Origin: Alphaproteobacteria bacterium
Lineage (GTDB): Bacteria; Pseudomonadota; Alphaproteobacteria; Rs-D84
Direction: 5' to 3'
Length of the DNA: 64,000 bases
Assembly (NCBI GenBank): GCA_017642585.1
Contig: JAGCOR010000005.1
Span: forward strand, 47,529-111,528
The stretch's first letter is position 1. The number at the start of each line of letters is the position of its first letter. The translations under genes were made by a program, and so were the position numbers. The notes beneath the pieces are model-generated. The model did no database searches. It saw nothing but the letters and a program-made list of their open reading frames with translations, and was not told where the DNA came from. Of the stretch, positions 42,652 through 53,163 are shown piece by piece.

Positions 42652-43176
42652 ATGAAAAACGATTTCAAATTTTGTCCGAATTGTGCCAGCAAAAACATCA
42701 CCAATACAAATAATCGCAAATGGGAATGCGGTGATTGCGGTTTTGTTTTGTATAATAATTCTGCAACTGCGGTTGGGGTGATTATTGTAAATAAAGTGGG
42801 ACAAATATTGATGGAGGTACGTGCCAAAGAACCCAAATTTGGTATGTTGGATGTTCCCGGCGGTTTTGTGGAACATGGTGAAACAGCAGAAGTTGCATGT
42901 GTTCGTGAATGTCGCGAAGAATTAGGTGTTGAAATTAAAGATTTGAAATATTTATGCAGTTTTCCAAATACCTATGAATACAAAAATATTCAATATAAAA
43001 CATGCGATATGTTTTTTATTGCGAAAATAGCAGATGACGCAAAATTCAAATTACAGGCAGATGAAGTATCGAATATAAAATGGTGTGATTTGAAAAACAA
43101 ACAAGACCTATACAATCTGCCCCTGGCCTTTGACAGCGCGTATAATGCGTTAGTATTTTATTTAGGAGAGAAGTAA
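42652..43176 (+). CDS. NUDIX hydrolase with N-terminal Zn ribbon
   Basis: FCPNC..CGDCG; Nudix box PGGFVEHGETAEVACVRECREELG. Confidence 0.9.
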   Translation: MKNDFKFCPNCASKNITNTNNRKWECGDCGFVLYNNSATAVGVIIVNKVGQILMEVRAKEPKFGMLDVPGGFVEHGETAEVACVRECREELGVEIKDLKYLCSFPNTYEYKNIQYKTCDMFFIAKIADDAKFKLQADEVSNIKWCDLKNKQDLYNLPLAFDSAYNALVFYLGEK

Positions 43177-43257
43177 GAAATTATGATAGTCATAATAATA
43201 TTGAAAAAATGTACTGAAATGAATAGAATTTTTAATATAAAACAAAAAGGATTTTAA

Positions 43258-44223
43258 GTGAAAAAAGAAAAAACAACAAATTTTCCCATTTGGAGATTTG
43301 TTTTGGGTACTTTAATAGGTGGTACTTTGGTTTTTGGTGGTTTGTTGTTCGTGTTTATGCAACGAGGTATAAACGCAACTTTTAATTTGTTTTTGTTTTC
43401 TTATATAGGTATTTGTTTGATATGTGGTTTGCCAATGATGATTGCAGACATGAAGAATATACAGAAAAAAGAAACTGTATATTGGTTAAGTTTTTTGGGG
43501 GTAATGCTTCCTTTTGGTCCTATTTTGTGGTTAATCGGTCTACTTATATCTATAATCTCAAAAAGAAAAACTCAAAAATTATGTAAAAAAAATTTATTAT
43601 TGTTTTATGGGTGTATGTTTTTTATTGTCCTAATAGAGTTTTTTATTGGTGTCTCAATACGTAAAACATATGAAAATAGTTTTATTTTACCCAAATGGGA
43701 GGATAGATTTGAATTAAATGAAGAAGAGAAGAAATGTCATTTTATGGCGACATTAGGATTAAATCAAACTCGTCATCAACAAGATATAGAATATAGAAAA
43801 TGTTTAAAACAAACTAAAGAAAACAAAGAACGTGCGATATCACAAGAGAAAAAAAGAATAACAAATTTATCCAAAAAAGCGCAAACTAAAGAAGTTTTTG
43901 ATTTGTGTGTAAATATTCTAAAGCAAGATATAAAAAATTATAAAGTGAGCAAATATGACACTGTTGCACAAGAAAAGCTACGTAACAATGTTAATTATAT
44001 AAATAAAATCTCGAAAGAACTTTGTCAATGTGCAAGTAATTTATTTGTTGAAAAAGCATCTGATGATGAAATTATAAATTTGTTAGTTATATATAAACCA
44101 ACTTCACCAAAAGATTTATTTTTTTGGAATCATGATATGCCATTTCAGATATGTTTGAAGCAAAAATATAATTTTGAAACACAATATAAAATAAATCGTG
44201 CATTGCATATAAGTTTTTTTTAA
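43258..44223 (+). CDS. Hypothetical membrane protein
   Basis: Four N-terminal TM segments and a Cys-containing helical C-terminus; very AT-rich; GTG start with AAGGA SD. Confidence 0.65.
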   Translation: MKKEKTTNFPIWRFVLGTLIGGTLVFGGLLFVFMQRGINATFNLFLFSYIGICLICGLPMMIADMKNIQKKETVYWLSFLGVMLPFGPILWLIGLLISIISKRKTQKLCKKNLLLFYGCMFFIVLIEFFIGVSIRKTYENSFILPKWEDRFELNEEEKKCHFMATLGLNQTRHQQDIEYRKCLKQTKENKERAISQEKKRITNLSKKAQTKEVFDLCVNILKQDIKNYKVSKYDTVAQEKLRNNVNYINKISKELCQCASNLFVEKASDDEIINLLVIYKPTSPKDLFFWNHDMPFQICLKQKYNFETQYKINRALHISFF

Positions 44224-44252
44224 TTTGAATGCTAATAGTTTGTAAGTTTATT

Positions 44253-44269
44253 TTACGGGAGATGGATTT
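44253..44269 (-). repeat. Copy of the tRNA-fMet 3' end (att-like)
   Basis: TTACGGGAGATGGATTT vs tRNA 45261-45277 TTGCGGGAGATGGATTT (16/17). Confidence 0.75.
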
Positions 44270-44344
44270 CGCTTACGCTGCAACTGCGGTTCCCGAGCCG
44301 AATTGTTGGAAATAGGGCGAGAGATAAAAAGAGTTGTTTGTTAT

Positions 44345-44375
44345 AAAAAAATAGCGATGATATACATCGCTATTT
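44345..44375 (-). terminator. Terminator after the OMP gene
   Basis: AAATAGCGATG-ATATA-CATCGCTATTT with U-run on the minus strand. Confidence 0.8.
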
Positions 44376-44396
44376 ATTCTTATTGTTCGTGATATA

Positions 44397-45005
44397 TTAA
44401 AATGCGTAATTTGCACCCAGACGGAATTGATGATAATCCGTAGTAAATTTATAATCACGGTTAAGGTATTTATCAGAATATGTTGACGTTAAATATCTAT
44501 ATCCCAAATCAACAGATAAAGCATTGGTTATATTGTATGCAATCCCACCACCAATCTGCCATGCAAACGCATGTGGTGTCGTTGTTTTATCAAACAATTC
44601 TGTGTTTAAATGATTAAACTGATATCCTGCACCGGCACTGATATACGGTGTAAATGCAGACATTGTTTTGAAATCAAGATACGCGTTTGCTAAAATAGTA
44701 TGTGAACGCATCCATATAGTATCGTCCATTTCGGTGTTTTTGAATTTTTCTAAATAATCGTATTCTAATTCACCACGCAATGCGAAAGATTTTGATAAAT
44801 CGTATTTAACACCAAATGCCCCTGATACATCAAATGCAAATTTACTATCCATCCAATCACCAATTAAAAAATCGTCTCTTTCATCAGAAGTAAGTATACT
44901 TGCATGTGTATAGCCCAAATGTGCGGACACATATGGCGAAACCGCGGCGTTTGATGCAAATGTTGCCATTGCCACCGCAAATGAAGTTAAAAGAATTCTT
45001 TTCAT
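44397..45005 (-). CDS. Eight-stranded outer-membrane beta-barrel protein (porin/opacity-like)
   Basis: Signal peptide; LRGELEY, LANAYLDF, FTPYISAGAG, FAWQIGGGIAY, VDLGYRY; C-terminal YAF. Confidence 0.88.
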   Translation of the reverse strand: MKRILLTSFAVAMATFASNAAVSPYVSAHLGYTHASILTSDERDDFLIGDWMDSKFAFDVSGAFGVKYDLSKSFALRGELEYDYLEKFKNTEMDDTIWMRSHTILANAYLDFKTMSAFTPYISAGAGYQFNHLNTELFDKTTTPHAFAWQIGGGIAYNITNALSVDLGYRYLTSTYSDKYLNRDYKFTTDYHQFRLGANYAF

Positions 45006-45073
45006 ATTTTTTCTCCTTGGTTATAAGAATTATACCACAAAAAGTTCAAACTCGGTATACAAAAAGGTTATAC

Positions 45074-45257
45074 TTGCGGGAGATGGGTTTCCCTCGACAC
45101 TGCGTGTCTGCGGGGCAACCGTAACGATTTTGGTGCGCAGGTTTCCAAAATCTACTTGTTGTGAACCGGCAACTGTCGTTGCAGGCTACAAATCAACAAT
45201 CCACACAACAGAATTTAACAAAAAAAACACCCGTTCGGGTGCTTTTTTATTAAATCT
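45074..45257 (-). repeat. Folded tRNA-linked element (~187-bp period) ending in a copy of the tRNA-fMet 3' end
   Basis: Terminator GCACCCG/CGGGTGT, degenerate inverted copy of the tRNA 3' end, GGTTCA, hairpins GATTTTGG/CCAAAATC and GACAC/GTGTC, then AAACCCATCTCCCGCAA (45090-45074). Confidence 0.75.
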
Positions 45258-45334
<77 letters not shown>

Positions 45335-45460
45335 ATAAGCAAGGTTAATTATATCTCTTTTTGTCAAGGTGTCAAATAAAAAAACGCTTTTAATCTTATT
45401 TTTTCGCGATTCTTGCATTGTTTTATTTTTATTGCTAAAATCAAACACACAGGTAAAAAT

Positions 45461-46216
45461 ATGAAAAAATCAGTAAAAAGGACATTAAGACGGCTGTGGC
45501 TGCATATGTATGGATGGTCTGTGATTCAATGGCCAGCTGTTGTCATTTTTTGGATTTTAATTTGGTTTGTTTATTATACATCAAAGAAAGAAATTGTCGG
45601 TTATGATATTTTGAAAAAATACCGCAGAAAGCCCGCTATTTTCGTGTTTTGGCATGGGCGGACTATGATGTTATCACCAATCGTTGCGCGTGCTGGGGTT
45701 CGTGGTTATGCTGTTGCAGATCCACGACGTGATGGTCGTGCGATTGCTAAAATGGAAAAGTTGTTTGGGCTGAAAACTATATGGGGTTCATCAAAGAAAA
45801 ATGGTGTTTCTGTGTTGAAAAACGGTGTTCGTGTTTTAAGTAATGGGCGCTATTGTTTGGCTTTGTCGCCCGATGGTCCAACCGGGCCGTCTATGCGGTT
45901 TCATGATGGGGCGCTATATTTTGCAAAAATGACCGGTGCACCGATTATACCTGTTTGTTATTCTTGTTCGCGCCCTTGGTTTTTAAAACGTTGGGACAGA
46001 TATTTATTAACTAAACCTTTTTCCATAATCAAAGGTATTGTTGGGAAACCTATATTTATCGATAAAACAACCAAGATAGAAGAATTTGAATCTTTGCGTA
46101 AAAATTTGGAAGATATCATGGTAAAACAGGCCTATGATTTGGATAAAAATTTTACCGATATCAAGATAGAGCAAGATTTAACCGAAGATAATTACAAAAC
46201 CCAGGTAAAAAAATGA
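45461..46216 (+). CDS. DUF374 lysophospholipid acyltransferase-family protein (LpxJ-like)
   Basis: IFVFWHGR, RDG, WGSS..G, SPDGPTGP, WDR...KPFS; upstream of lpxK. Confidence 0.82.
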   Translation: MKKSVKRTLRRLWLHMYGWSVIQWPAVVIFWILIWFVYYTSKKEIVGYDILKKYRRKPAIFVFWHGRTMMLSPIVARAGVRGYAVADPRRDGRAIAKMEKLFGLKTIWGSSKKNGVSVLKNGVRVLSNGRYCLALSPDGPTGPSMRFHDGALYFAKMTGAPIIPVCYSCSRPWFLKRWDRYLLTKPFSIIKGIVGKPIFIDKTTKIEEFESLRKNLEDIMVKQAYDLDKNFTDIKIEQDLTEDNYKTQVKK

Positions 46217-47139
46217 AAACACCACGTTGGTTTTTAAAACATAATATAATTTCTTATTTGCTGTACCCTTTGACAGTGTTTTATTACATTGCATCACGCA
46301 TAGTGTTTAAGCTGAGAAAAAAACACGAATATGTTTCACGCAGAATTGTTATTTGCTTTGGTAATATTTTATCTGGGGGGGTGGGTAAAACACCTATTGT
46401 CAGAAAGATTGCAAAATATTTTGATGCGCCTGTGGTTATGCGTGGATATAAACAAACGGCGGATACAGATAACATTGGGGACGAGGCAAAAATGCTGTCC
46501 GCTGATGATATCCAGGTTCATGTTGGAAACAGAAAAAAGAATTTAATTTTATTAAACGAACAACAATCAAACACCCCAATTATCATGGATGACGGATTTC
46601 AAAATTCAGGAATCAAGAAAGATATTTCTGTGTTGGTTTTTGATGAAAGTATTGGTTTTGGAAATGGATTTTTATTGCCTGCGGGACCTTTGCGTGAATA
46701 TAAATCTGCGATAAGACGTGCTGATGCGATTATAGTTATCAAAAGAAAAAAGATTGCCAATAATTTTTATCTGCCGACCAGCATGCCTATATTTTATGCG
46801 AAAAACAAAGAAATATGTCCGTATGACGAAAACACAGATGTGATTGCGTTTGCTGGAATTGGATATCCTGAAAAATTCTTTGAAAATTTGCCTGTGCATT
46901 TAATTGAAAAACACGCGTACCCTGATCATTATCAATATACCGAAAAAGACATCAAAGATTTAATTCGTATTGCAGATGAAAAAAATGCGAAATTGTTAAC
47001 AACTGAAAAAGATTGGGTCAGATTGCCAGAATGGGCGCAAAAACAAATCAAATTTTCAAGTCTGGATATAGAAATCGAAGATGGTTTTTATGATTGGATC
47101 AAAGGAAGGATAAATGACATCAATTACAAAAAAAGTTAA
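46213..47139 (+). CDS. lpxK: Tetraacyldisaccharide 4'-kinase
   Basis: GNILSGGVGKTP, RGY, GDEA, MDDGFQ, GNGFLLPAGPLRE, PDH, TTEKD. Confidence 0.95.
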   Translation: MKTPRWFLKHNIISYLLYPLTVFYYIASRIVFKLRKKHEYVSRRIVICFGNILSGGVGKTPIVRKIAKYFDAPVVMRGYKQTADTDNIGDEAKMLSADDIQVHVGNRKKNLILLNEQQSNTPIIMDDGFQNSGIKKDISVLVFDESIGFGNGFLLPAGPLREYKSAIRRADAIIVIKRKKIANNFYLPTSMPIFYAKNKEICPYDENTDVIAFAGIGYPEKFFENLPVHLIEKHAYPDHYQYTEKDIKDLIRIADEKNAKLLTTEKDWVRLPEWAQKQIKFSSLDIEIEDGFYDWIKGRINDINYKKS

Positions 47140-48049
47140 ATTTTCCGGCGTTGGAATTCATTCTGGATTAAATGTGAATATGGTGGTTTTACCATCCACG
47201 AAGCCCGGAATTTTTTTCAAAAGGGTTGATATAAAAGATTCCGCCCCAATACCTGCGACATTTAATAATGTTGGCGAAACAAAAATGCGTAACACGACAA
47301 TTGGCGATAAAAATGGCGCGCACGTTCAAACCATAGAACATTTTATGGCGGCGCTGTTTTTACATGGAATTGACAGCGCTGTTGTTGAAATAGATGGTTT
47401 TGAAACACCCATTTTAGACGGCAGTGTATATGAATTTTACAAAGGTTTAGAAAAAGTCGTTGGTAAAAAAACAAAAATGAAAAAGATAATTGTTAAAAAA
47501 ACAATTGTCGCAACCCGTAATGAATTATCTAAAAATTTACCATTTTTTAAACGCCTAAAAATGTTTATTTTAAATCATACAATTTGGCGTCATGGAAATG
47601 GTTTTGTTAAATTATCGCCAAATGATAAGGGTTTGAAAATCAGTGCAACTTTGGTTTACAAAGACAAAATAATTGGGACACAATCTTTTTCTTGTGAATT
47701 GGATGGAACTAAAAAATCAACAAACAAATTTATTGATAAAATATCAAGATCCAGAACTTTTGGTAAACATTCAGAATGGGAATATTTAAAGGCACACGGT
47801 ATGGGGCGTGGTGCAAACGAACATAATATTATCGCAATAAATGATACTGGGGATGGAACGCTGAATAAATTACTATACCCAGATGAATTTGTTCGTCATA
47901 AAATAATAGATGCGGTTGGCGATATGTTCACATCTGGCGGTTTTATTTATGGAAATCTGGAATCTGTAAAAGGATCGCATGCGTTGAATAATTTGGTATT
48001 ACGCAAATTGTTCAGCGATAAATCAAATTATGAAATCGTGGAAGAATAA
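47114..48049 (+). CDS. lpxC: UDP-3-O-acyl-GlcNAc deacetylase
   Basis: GVGIHSG, TIEHFMAAL, E.PILDGS, SRTFG, DEFVRHKIIDAVGD, SH.LN. Confidence 0.95.
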   Translation: MTSITKKVKFSGVGIHSGLNVNMVVLPSTKPGIFFKRVDIKDSAPIPATFNNVGETKMRNTTIGDKNGAHVQTIEHFMAALFLHGIDSAVVEIDGFETPILDGSVYEFYKGLEKVVGKKTKMKKIIVKKTIVATRNELSKNLPFFKRLKMFILNHTIWRHGNGFVKLSPNDKGLKISATLVYKDKIIGTQSFSCELDGTKKSTNKFIDKISRSRTFGKHSEWEYLKAHGMGRGANEHNIIAINDTGDGTLNKLLYPDEFVRHKIIDAVGDMFTSGGFIYGNLESVKGSHALNNLVLRKLFSDKSNYEIVEE

Positions 48050-48065
48050 AACAAAGGAGAAAAAG

Positions 48066-48380
48066 ATGAAAAAAACAATGTTTGTTTTAGGTTTGTTGGC
48101 TTTGGCTGCATGTGCAGAATCTGGCACAAAAGAACCAGCTTTGGTTAGATTAAATGCAGAACCAAAAAATTGTGAATATTTGTACATGATTGATACAAAT
48201 GTTTCCAGTTATGACATAGATGATGCCTATAATTTCATAGAAAAACGTATTGTTGAAGAAAACAAATTGGGCGATTCTTATTTCATTTACACCGAAGATA
48301 TGGTGAAAAATGTTGGTGCAATTTTAGGCCCCAGAAACACATACAAAATAAAGGCCAAAGTGTATAATTGCAAAAAATGA
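48066..48380 (+). CDS. Small lipoprotein
   Basis: MKKTMFVLGLLALAAC lipobox; EPKNCEYL...VYNC; AAGGAG SD. Confidence 0.75.
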   Translation: MKKTMFVLGLLALAACAESGTKEPALVRLNAEPKNCEYLYMIDTNVSSYDIDDAYNFIEKRIVEENKLGDSYFIYTEDMVKNVGAILGPRNTYKIKAKVYNCKK

Positions 48381-48408
48381 AAAAAGTCGTAAATTTACGA
48401 CTTTTTTT
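48381..48408 (+). terminator. Intrinsic terminator
   Basis: AAAAAGTCGTAA/TTACGACTTTTT. Confidence 0.75.
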
Positions 48409-48469
48409 GTAAATTTCGGCTTTATTTTTTTTATCAATTTGTGTTATAATTATCAAATAAGAGAGAGAA

Positions 48470-49735
48470 TTGATAAAACAAGTTATAACCGTTAATCGTA
48501 AAAAGTATGCGGCAGGGTTGTTCTGGCAACCTGTCGCTGTTGGAAATGCGGTAAATATATATGCAAATCAACTCGAAAAAAACGCAAAAGTAAAATATAC
48601 TTTGTTCGTGGAATATAAATCCATGGTTGGATTGGCAACTTCCCACGAAGGTTTGCATGTTGGTATACCCAGTGCCGCTGCGGAAATAATGAATTCTTTG
48701 TCGGAATTTGTTTCTTTTTTAGGCGTTTTCAAGGCAGGAAAGAATTTTTATTTGTTGGCTGTTCGTAACGGCATGATTATCCGTGATATTTTACTGGAAA
48801 CAGAAAACGAGGCACGTAAAGCGTATGTAGATTTATCTGCCATGCCAGATTGGAGTGCTTTGTTTGCACCATCTGAATGGGGAATGCCAAGATCCCAAGA
48901 AAGAGATTTATCAAGATTAATAGGTGGGGTTGTTGGTGCAAAATTACAGCAGATAAATGTTTTAAAAACATTGGTTCCATCCGCGTTAATCTTTTTAGGA
49001 TTTTTATTGGCTGTGTTTTTGGTTGTTAAATTATCTGATTTGCGTAAAATTACACCACCTGTAAAAACAGAACTTAGTCCAGAAGTCATAGCGGAATATC
49101 AGCGCCAAATAGAAATTAAAAATCAAGAATTAGATAAAAAATTCAAGATTGAAAAAAAACAAGAACAAAAAAAACAGGAAAGTTTTTATCCATACAACAA
49201 ATTGCCTTATGTTATGGACAAAGCAAATTTGTGTTATAGGGCTATTGGTTTTGTAATGCAGCCTGTGTTGGGTTGGACACCAAGTGCGGTTGAATGCAAT
49301 CAAGATACTGTATCTGCAACTTTCAGACGTGAATATGGAACGTTAAATGATTTTTATGCTGTTGGTGCAGAAGTGATGCCTGGGGCCCAGGTTGAACAGT
49401 TATCAAACAACGAAGTCAGGGTTAGGGTAAAATTGCCCGGATTAAAAACACACAAATCAATTGATGATCGTGACCAGGCAACAGTTATGCGTGATTTGAT
49501 TTCTAAATATCAAAAATACAGTATGACAGCAGAAATAAAACCTGGTACAGAAATTATAAAAAAGGGTGTGGAAAAAGATATAATAAACGTTATACAGATA
49601 AATGCTTCATCCAAACTGATACCGCAAGAATACATGTTAATGTTTGATGGTTTTCAGGGTGTTCATTTAAAGACTGTTGATTGGTCAAACACTTCACGGA
49701 CTTGGAGATATAATATCAGTATTTACACGAAATAA
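48470..49735 (+). CDS. Type IVb pilus accessory protein, PilO-like
   Basis: N-terminal YAAGLFWQP, central TM helix, GW....VEC.....ATF.R..G periplasmic motif; first gene of a PilO-P-Q-R-like order. Confidence 0.65.
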   Translation: MIKQVITVNRKKYAAGLFWQPVAVGNAVNIYANQLEKNAKVKYTLFVEYKSMVGLATSHEGLHVGIPSAAAEIMNSLSEFVSFLGVFKAGKNFYLLAVRNGMIIRDILLETENEARKAYVDLSAMPDWSALFAPSEWGMPRSQERDLSRLIGGVVGAKLQQINVLKTLVPSALIFLGFLLAVFLVVKLSDLRKITPPVKTELSPEVIAEYQRQIEIKNQELDKKFKIEKKQEQKKQESFYPYNKLPYVMDKANLCYRAIGFVMQPVLGWTPSAVECNQDTVSATFRREYGTLNDFYAVGAEVMPGAQVEQLSNNEVRVRVKLPGLKTHKSIDDRDQATVMRDLISKYQKYSMTAEIKPGTEIIKKGVEKDIINVIQINASSKLIPQEYMLMFDGFQGVHLKTVDWSNTSRTWRYNISIYTK

Positions 49736-49747
49736 AAGGGGTACAAG

Positions 49748-50416
49748 ATGATTAAAAGATTATTGTTTGTTTTATGTTTGTGTGTGGGATTCCTGGCTGG
49801 GAATTCATATGCATTTGCAGAAGAAATTATAGAAGAGGAAGAAATAATCGAAGAAACAGAAGCCCCAGCAGAAGATTCTTCAACAACTGCTTTGGAAGAA
49901 TACCAAGTAGAAGGTTCTTTGTTTGAAAAAATAACAACTTTGGAACAAGAAAAGGTGTTGATGCAACTGGAAAAAGAACACGCCCAAATGGATTTGGAAT
50001 TGGACAAATTAAATGCTGAAAAACTAAGAATGCAAATCGAATTGGATAATATTTCAGGCAAAGCAGAACAACAACAACAAGAATTAGAAGCCGCCAAAGC
50101 AGAATTGGAAGCGCAAACAGAAAAACTGAAAAGACAAATGGAAGAAATGGAAGAAAGAGAAAACGAGGTTGTTGTGGCACCTGTGCAACAAGAAGAAGTA
50201 AAACCTGTGTTCAAAGCAAAATACAAATTGTTAAATGTTATCGGTGTTGGTAATCAATTACAGGCGACATTAGAAGAAATATCCACAGGTCAAAATAAAC
50301 GCATAGCGGTGGGTAAAAAATTAGATGGGTATACAATCAAATCAATTTCTTTGGATGATGGAATTATATTTGAAAAAGATGGTGTTTCTGAAAGTTTAAA
50401 TATTGGTGGAAAATAA
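49748..50416 (+). CDS. Type IVb pilus PilP-like periplasmic protein
   Basis: Signal peptide, long coiled coil, C-terminal beta domain VIGVGNQLQATL...VG..LDGYTIKSIS.DG. Confidence 0.6.
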   Translation: MIKRLLFVLCLCVGFLAGNSYAFAEEIIEEEEIIEETEAPAEDSSTTALEEYQVEGSLFEKITTLEQEKVLMQLEKEHAQMDLELDKLNAEKLRMQIELDNISGKAEQQQQELEAAKAELEAQTEKLKRQMEEMEERENEVVVAPVQQEEVKPVFKAKYKLLNVIGVGNQLQATLEEISTGQNKRIAVGKKLDGYTIKSISLDDGIIFEKDGVSESLNIGGK

Positions 50417-50417
50417 A

Positions 50418-52046
50418 ATGGCGAAACAAGACGCAATTGTTGAAGATGTATCGAAAAAACATTCTGTGCCATCAGGATTGGAATCTGCTGGTAACAAGGA
50501 TATTTTGACATACTTGTTTTCAGATAATAACAAACTGTTGACGGCGTTTGGTGGTGAATACGCTTTGCCAAAAGACACCCAAGGTTTGGTTGCGTATTTT
50601 TCTGGTGGTGAATTGATTATATCCAGAACACATAAATATGACGGACGTGTTCTGGCGTTTATAGATTGGTTAAATCAAAATCATGCTGTGGTGAAAAAAC
50701 CCTTCTATGCAGATTTGGGTTTGATTTCGGGTATTTACAAAACCAACGAAGAACGTGTAGGTGGTAAATTACATCAACGTGTTGATTTTGATAACCAGAT
50801 GCAGAAAGATTTCGTCGATGTTATTGCGCGTGCTGCTGCACAAAAGGTATCAGATATTCATATTGAAGTTGCAGATCAAACCACAATTTATTTCCGTATG
50901 GACGGAAGCATGCAACCAATTTTGGAATATAATTCTCAATGGGGTGAAGCTTTTGTTCGTGCTGCATTTGCATCTGCTGATATATCTAATTCCAGTTATG
51001 CACAAAACGAATACCAATCTGCCCAGAAAGATGGACGAACACCATTACGTGGCACAAAAGATTTGTATTTACCTGCATCTGTGTTGGGTATTCGTATGCA
51101 ATTTAACCCTATTGCGTTCGGCAGTCAATATGTGGTTATGCGACTTCTGTATGATAACCCAAGTGAAGGTATTAAAACAGAACAGGAATTTGGTGATTAC
51201 GAACAAAAATTATTAGCGCGCTTGCGTTCTGCACCAACGGGTTTGGTTGTGGTGGCCGGACCAACTTCGTCTGGTAAATCAACGACATTGGTTCGCAATA
51301 TGGCATTGATGTTGAAAGAACACAGATATGAAATTAATCTTATTACCGTGGAAGATCCTGCGGAACAGAAAATTTTTGGCGCACATCAAATGCCTGTGGT
51401 TAATGCTGGTAACGAAGAACAACGTGAAGATAAATTTACAGAAGCTTTGGCCGCCGCTTTGCGTAGTGACCCTGATACATTGATGGTCGGTGAAATCAGA
51501 ACCTTGTCTGCGGCGCAATTAACCGTCAAAGGCGCGTTGTCTGGACATAATGTGTGGACAACTTTGCACGCGAACTCTGCTATGGGTGCGTTGACTCGTT
51601 TGTTAGATATGGGGGTTGAAGCATTTAAATTGAAAGATGAAACCATGATGCGTGGTTTAGTGTCAATGCGTTTGTTTAAAAAACTGTGCCCATATTGTCG
51701 TGAAAGATTGATTGACAGATCTGATGATCCTGCGTATCACAGAGTTAAAGATGCGTTTGGTGATTTAGGTTTGCAACAGGTATTTATTCGTGGGCCAGGA
51801 TGTGAACACTGCAAAGGAACAGGTTCGGTTGGGCGTATCAAGGCCAGTGAAATAATTTTGACCAACAGTGAATTTTTAAGTTTAGCATTGGCTGGGGAAA
51901 CGGATGCTGCTTTGAGATTCTGGTTGGAAAAATTGGATGGACGAACATTAAAAGAAGCTGCAGAAGAATTAATGTTACGCGGAATTATCGGTGTTGATGA
52001 AGTAGAACGTTGGGTTGGATTACTCGACAGACCATGGGTGTATTAG
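50418..52046 (+). CDS. Pilus assembly ATPase (PilQ/PilB/GspE family)
   Basis: SDIHIE, GPTSSGKSTT, TVEDP.E, LRSDPD.LMVGEIR, GH.VWTTLHAN, CPYC..CEHC tetracysteine. Confidence 0.9.
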   Translation: MAKQDAIVEDVSKKHSVPSGLESAGNKDILTYLFSDNNKLLTAFGGEYALPKDTQGLVAYFSGGELIISRTHKYDGRVLAFIDWLNQNHAVVKKPFYADLGLISGIYKTNEERVGGKLHQRVDFDNQMQKDFVDVIARAAAQKVSDIHIEVADQTTIYFRMDGSMQPILEYNSQWGEAFVRAAFASADISNSSYAQNEYQSAQKDGRTPLRGTKDLYLPASVLGIRMQFNPIAFGSQYVVMRLLYDNPSEGIKTEQEFGDYEQKLLARLRSAPTGLVVVAGPTSSGKSTTLVRNMALMLKEHRYEINLITVEDPAEQKIFGAHQMPVVNAGNEEQREDKFTEALAAALRSDPDTLMVGEIRTLSAAQLTVKGALSGHNVWTTLHANSAMGALTRLLDMGVEAFKLKDETMMRGLVSMRLFKKLCPYCRERLIDRSDDPAYHRVKDAFGDLGLQQVFIRGPGCEHCKGTGSVGRIKASEIILTNSEFLSLALAGETDAALRFWLEKLDGRTLKEAAEELMLRGIIGVDEVERWVGLLDRPWVY

Positions 52047-52048
52047 TC

Positions 52049-53119
52049 ATGAACAAATTGGAATATTGGTACGCAAGATTGTCTTGCAGAATGGATACAG
52101 ATAAACGTATGTCAATCAGTAGTAAATTGGCATCTTTGTTGCGTAACAATTTCTCTTTGATGGATGCGTTACATCGTATTGAAATGATAGAATCTAAAAA
52201 TGGAAAAAGCCCAAATGAACCTTTTGCTATATATATGCGTGAAGTGCAAAAAGGTTTGGAACGTGGACTGAGTTTTTCCGAAGCGACACGCGGTTGGGTT
52301 CCACCCGAAGAAACATTGTTGTTAATGTCTGGAAATTTATCTGATTTGTTGGTTTCTTTGGAAAACATATCGACAGTGGTTAACGGTGTTAATCGTATTA
52401 AAAGGGCGGTGACATCCGCGTTTGCATACCCGTTGTTTTTGTTTGCTATGACAATTGGTATTATCGCGATGGTGGGTATATATTTGGTGCCACCTTTAAC
52501 GGAAGCTGCAGGTGGCGATATTGTATGGCGTGGAACAGCGGCATCTTTGATTTGGGTATCTGATTTCATGAATAAATATTTGTATATTATTTGTGCGGTG
52601 GTGGTTGTGGCAATTATATTAATAGTTGTGTCTTTGCCTATATGGACTGGAAAATTACGTGCAAAATTTGATGATTTTCCACCATGGAGTATTTATAAAT
52701 TACAATTATCGGTCAGTTGGTTGATGTCATTGGCGGCAATGGTTGCTGCAGATACATCTGTACCCCAGGCTATGCGTTTATTGGCTAATAATTCAAATCG
52801 CTATTTAGCCAGTATTTTAGAAGAAACATTACTGTATATTACAAATGGTGAAAATTTAGGTAATGCGTTGGCTGCCACGGGTAAAAATTTTCCTAATGCT
52901 GAAATTGTGGGAGATTTGGTCATTTATTCCGATATGAACGATTTCTCAAAGAATTTGAATAAAATCGCCACAGAATATATGAATGAATCTGTGCGCCGTA
53001 TAGAAAATTTATCCAGCACTTTAAACAGTGTGGGTATGGGATTGGTTTCTGGTGCGATAGGTTGGGTTGTGTTTGGAACCTTCCAGATGCAAGAGCAAAT
53101 TACCGCTGCGTTAACTTAA
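52049..53119 (+). CDS. Pilus inner-membrane platform protein (PilR/PilC/GspF family)
   Basis: LASLLRN..SL.DAL, G.SFSEA.RGWVP.EE, AFAYP, PPWSIYK, GE.LG.AL...G..FP. Confidence 0.85.
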   Translation: MNKLEYWYARLSCRMDTDKRMSISSKLASLLRNNFSLMDALHRIEMIESKNGKSPNEPFAIYMREVQKGLERGLSFSEATRGWVPPEETLLLMSGNLSDLLVSLENISTVVNGVNRIKRAVTSAFAYPLFLFAMTIGIIAMVGIYLVPPLTEAAGGDIVWRGTAASLIWVSDFMNKYLYIICAVVVVAIILIVVSLPIWTGKLRAKFDDFPPWSIYKLQLSVSWLMSLAAMVAADTSVPQAMRLLANNSNRYLASILEETLLYITNGENLGNALAATGKNFPNAEIVGDLVIYSDMNDFSKNLNKIATEYMNESVRRIENLSSTLNSVGMGLVSGAIGWVVFGTFQMQEQITAALT

Positions 53120-53120
53120 T

Positions 53121-53152
53121 AAAAAATACCGGTGTTTACCGGTATTTTTTTA
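53121..53152. terminator. Bidirectional terminator
   Basis: AAAAAATACCGGT-GTTT-ACCGGTATTTTTT. Confidence 0.85.
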
Positions 53153-53163
53153 CATATCTTTCT

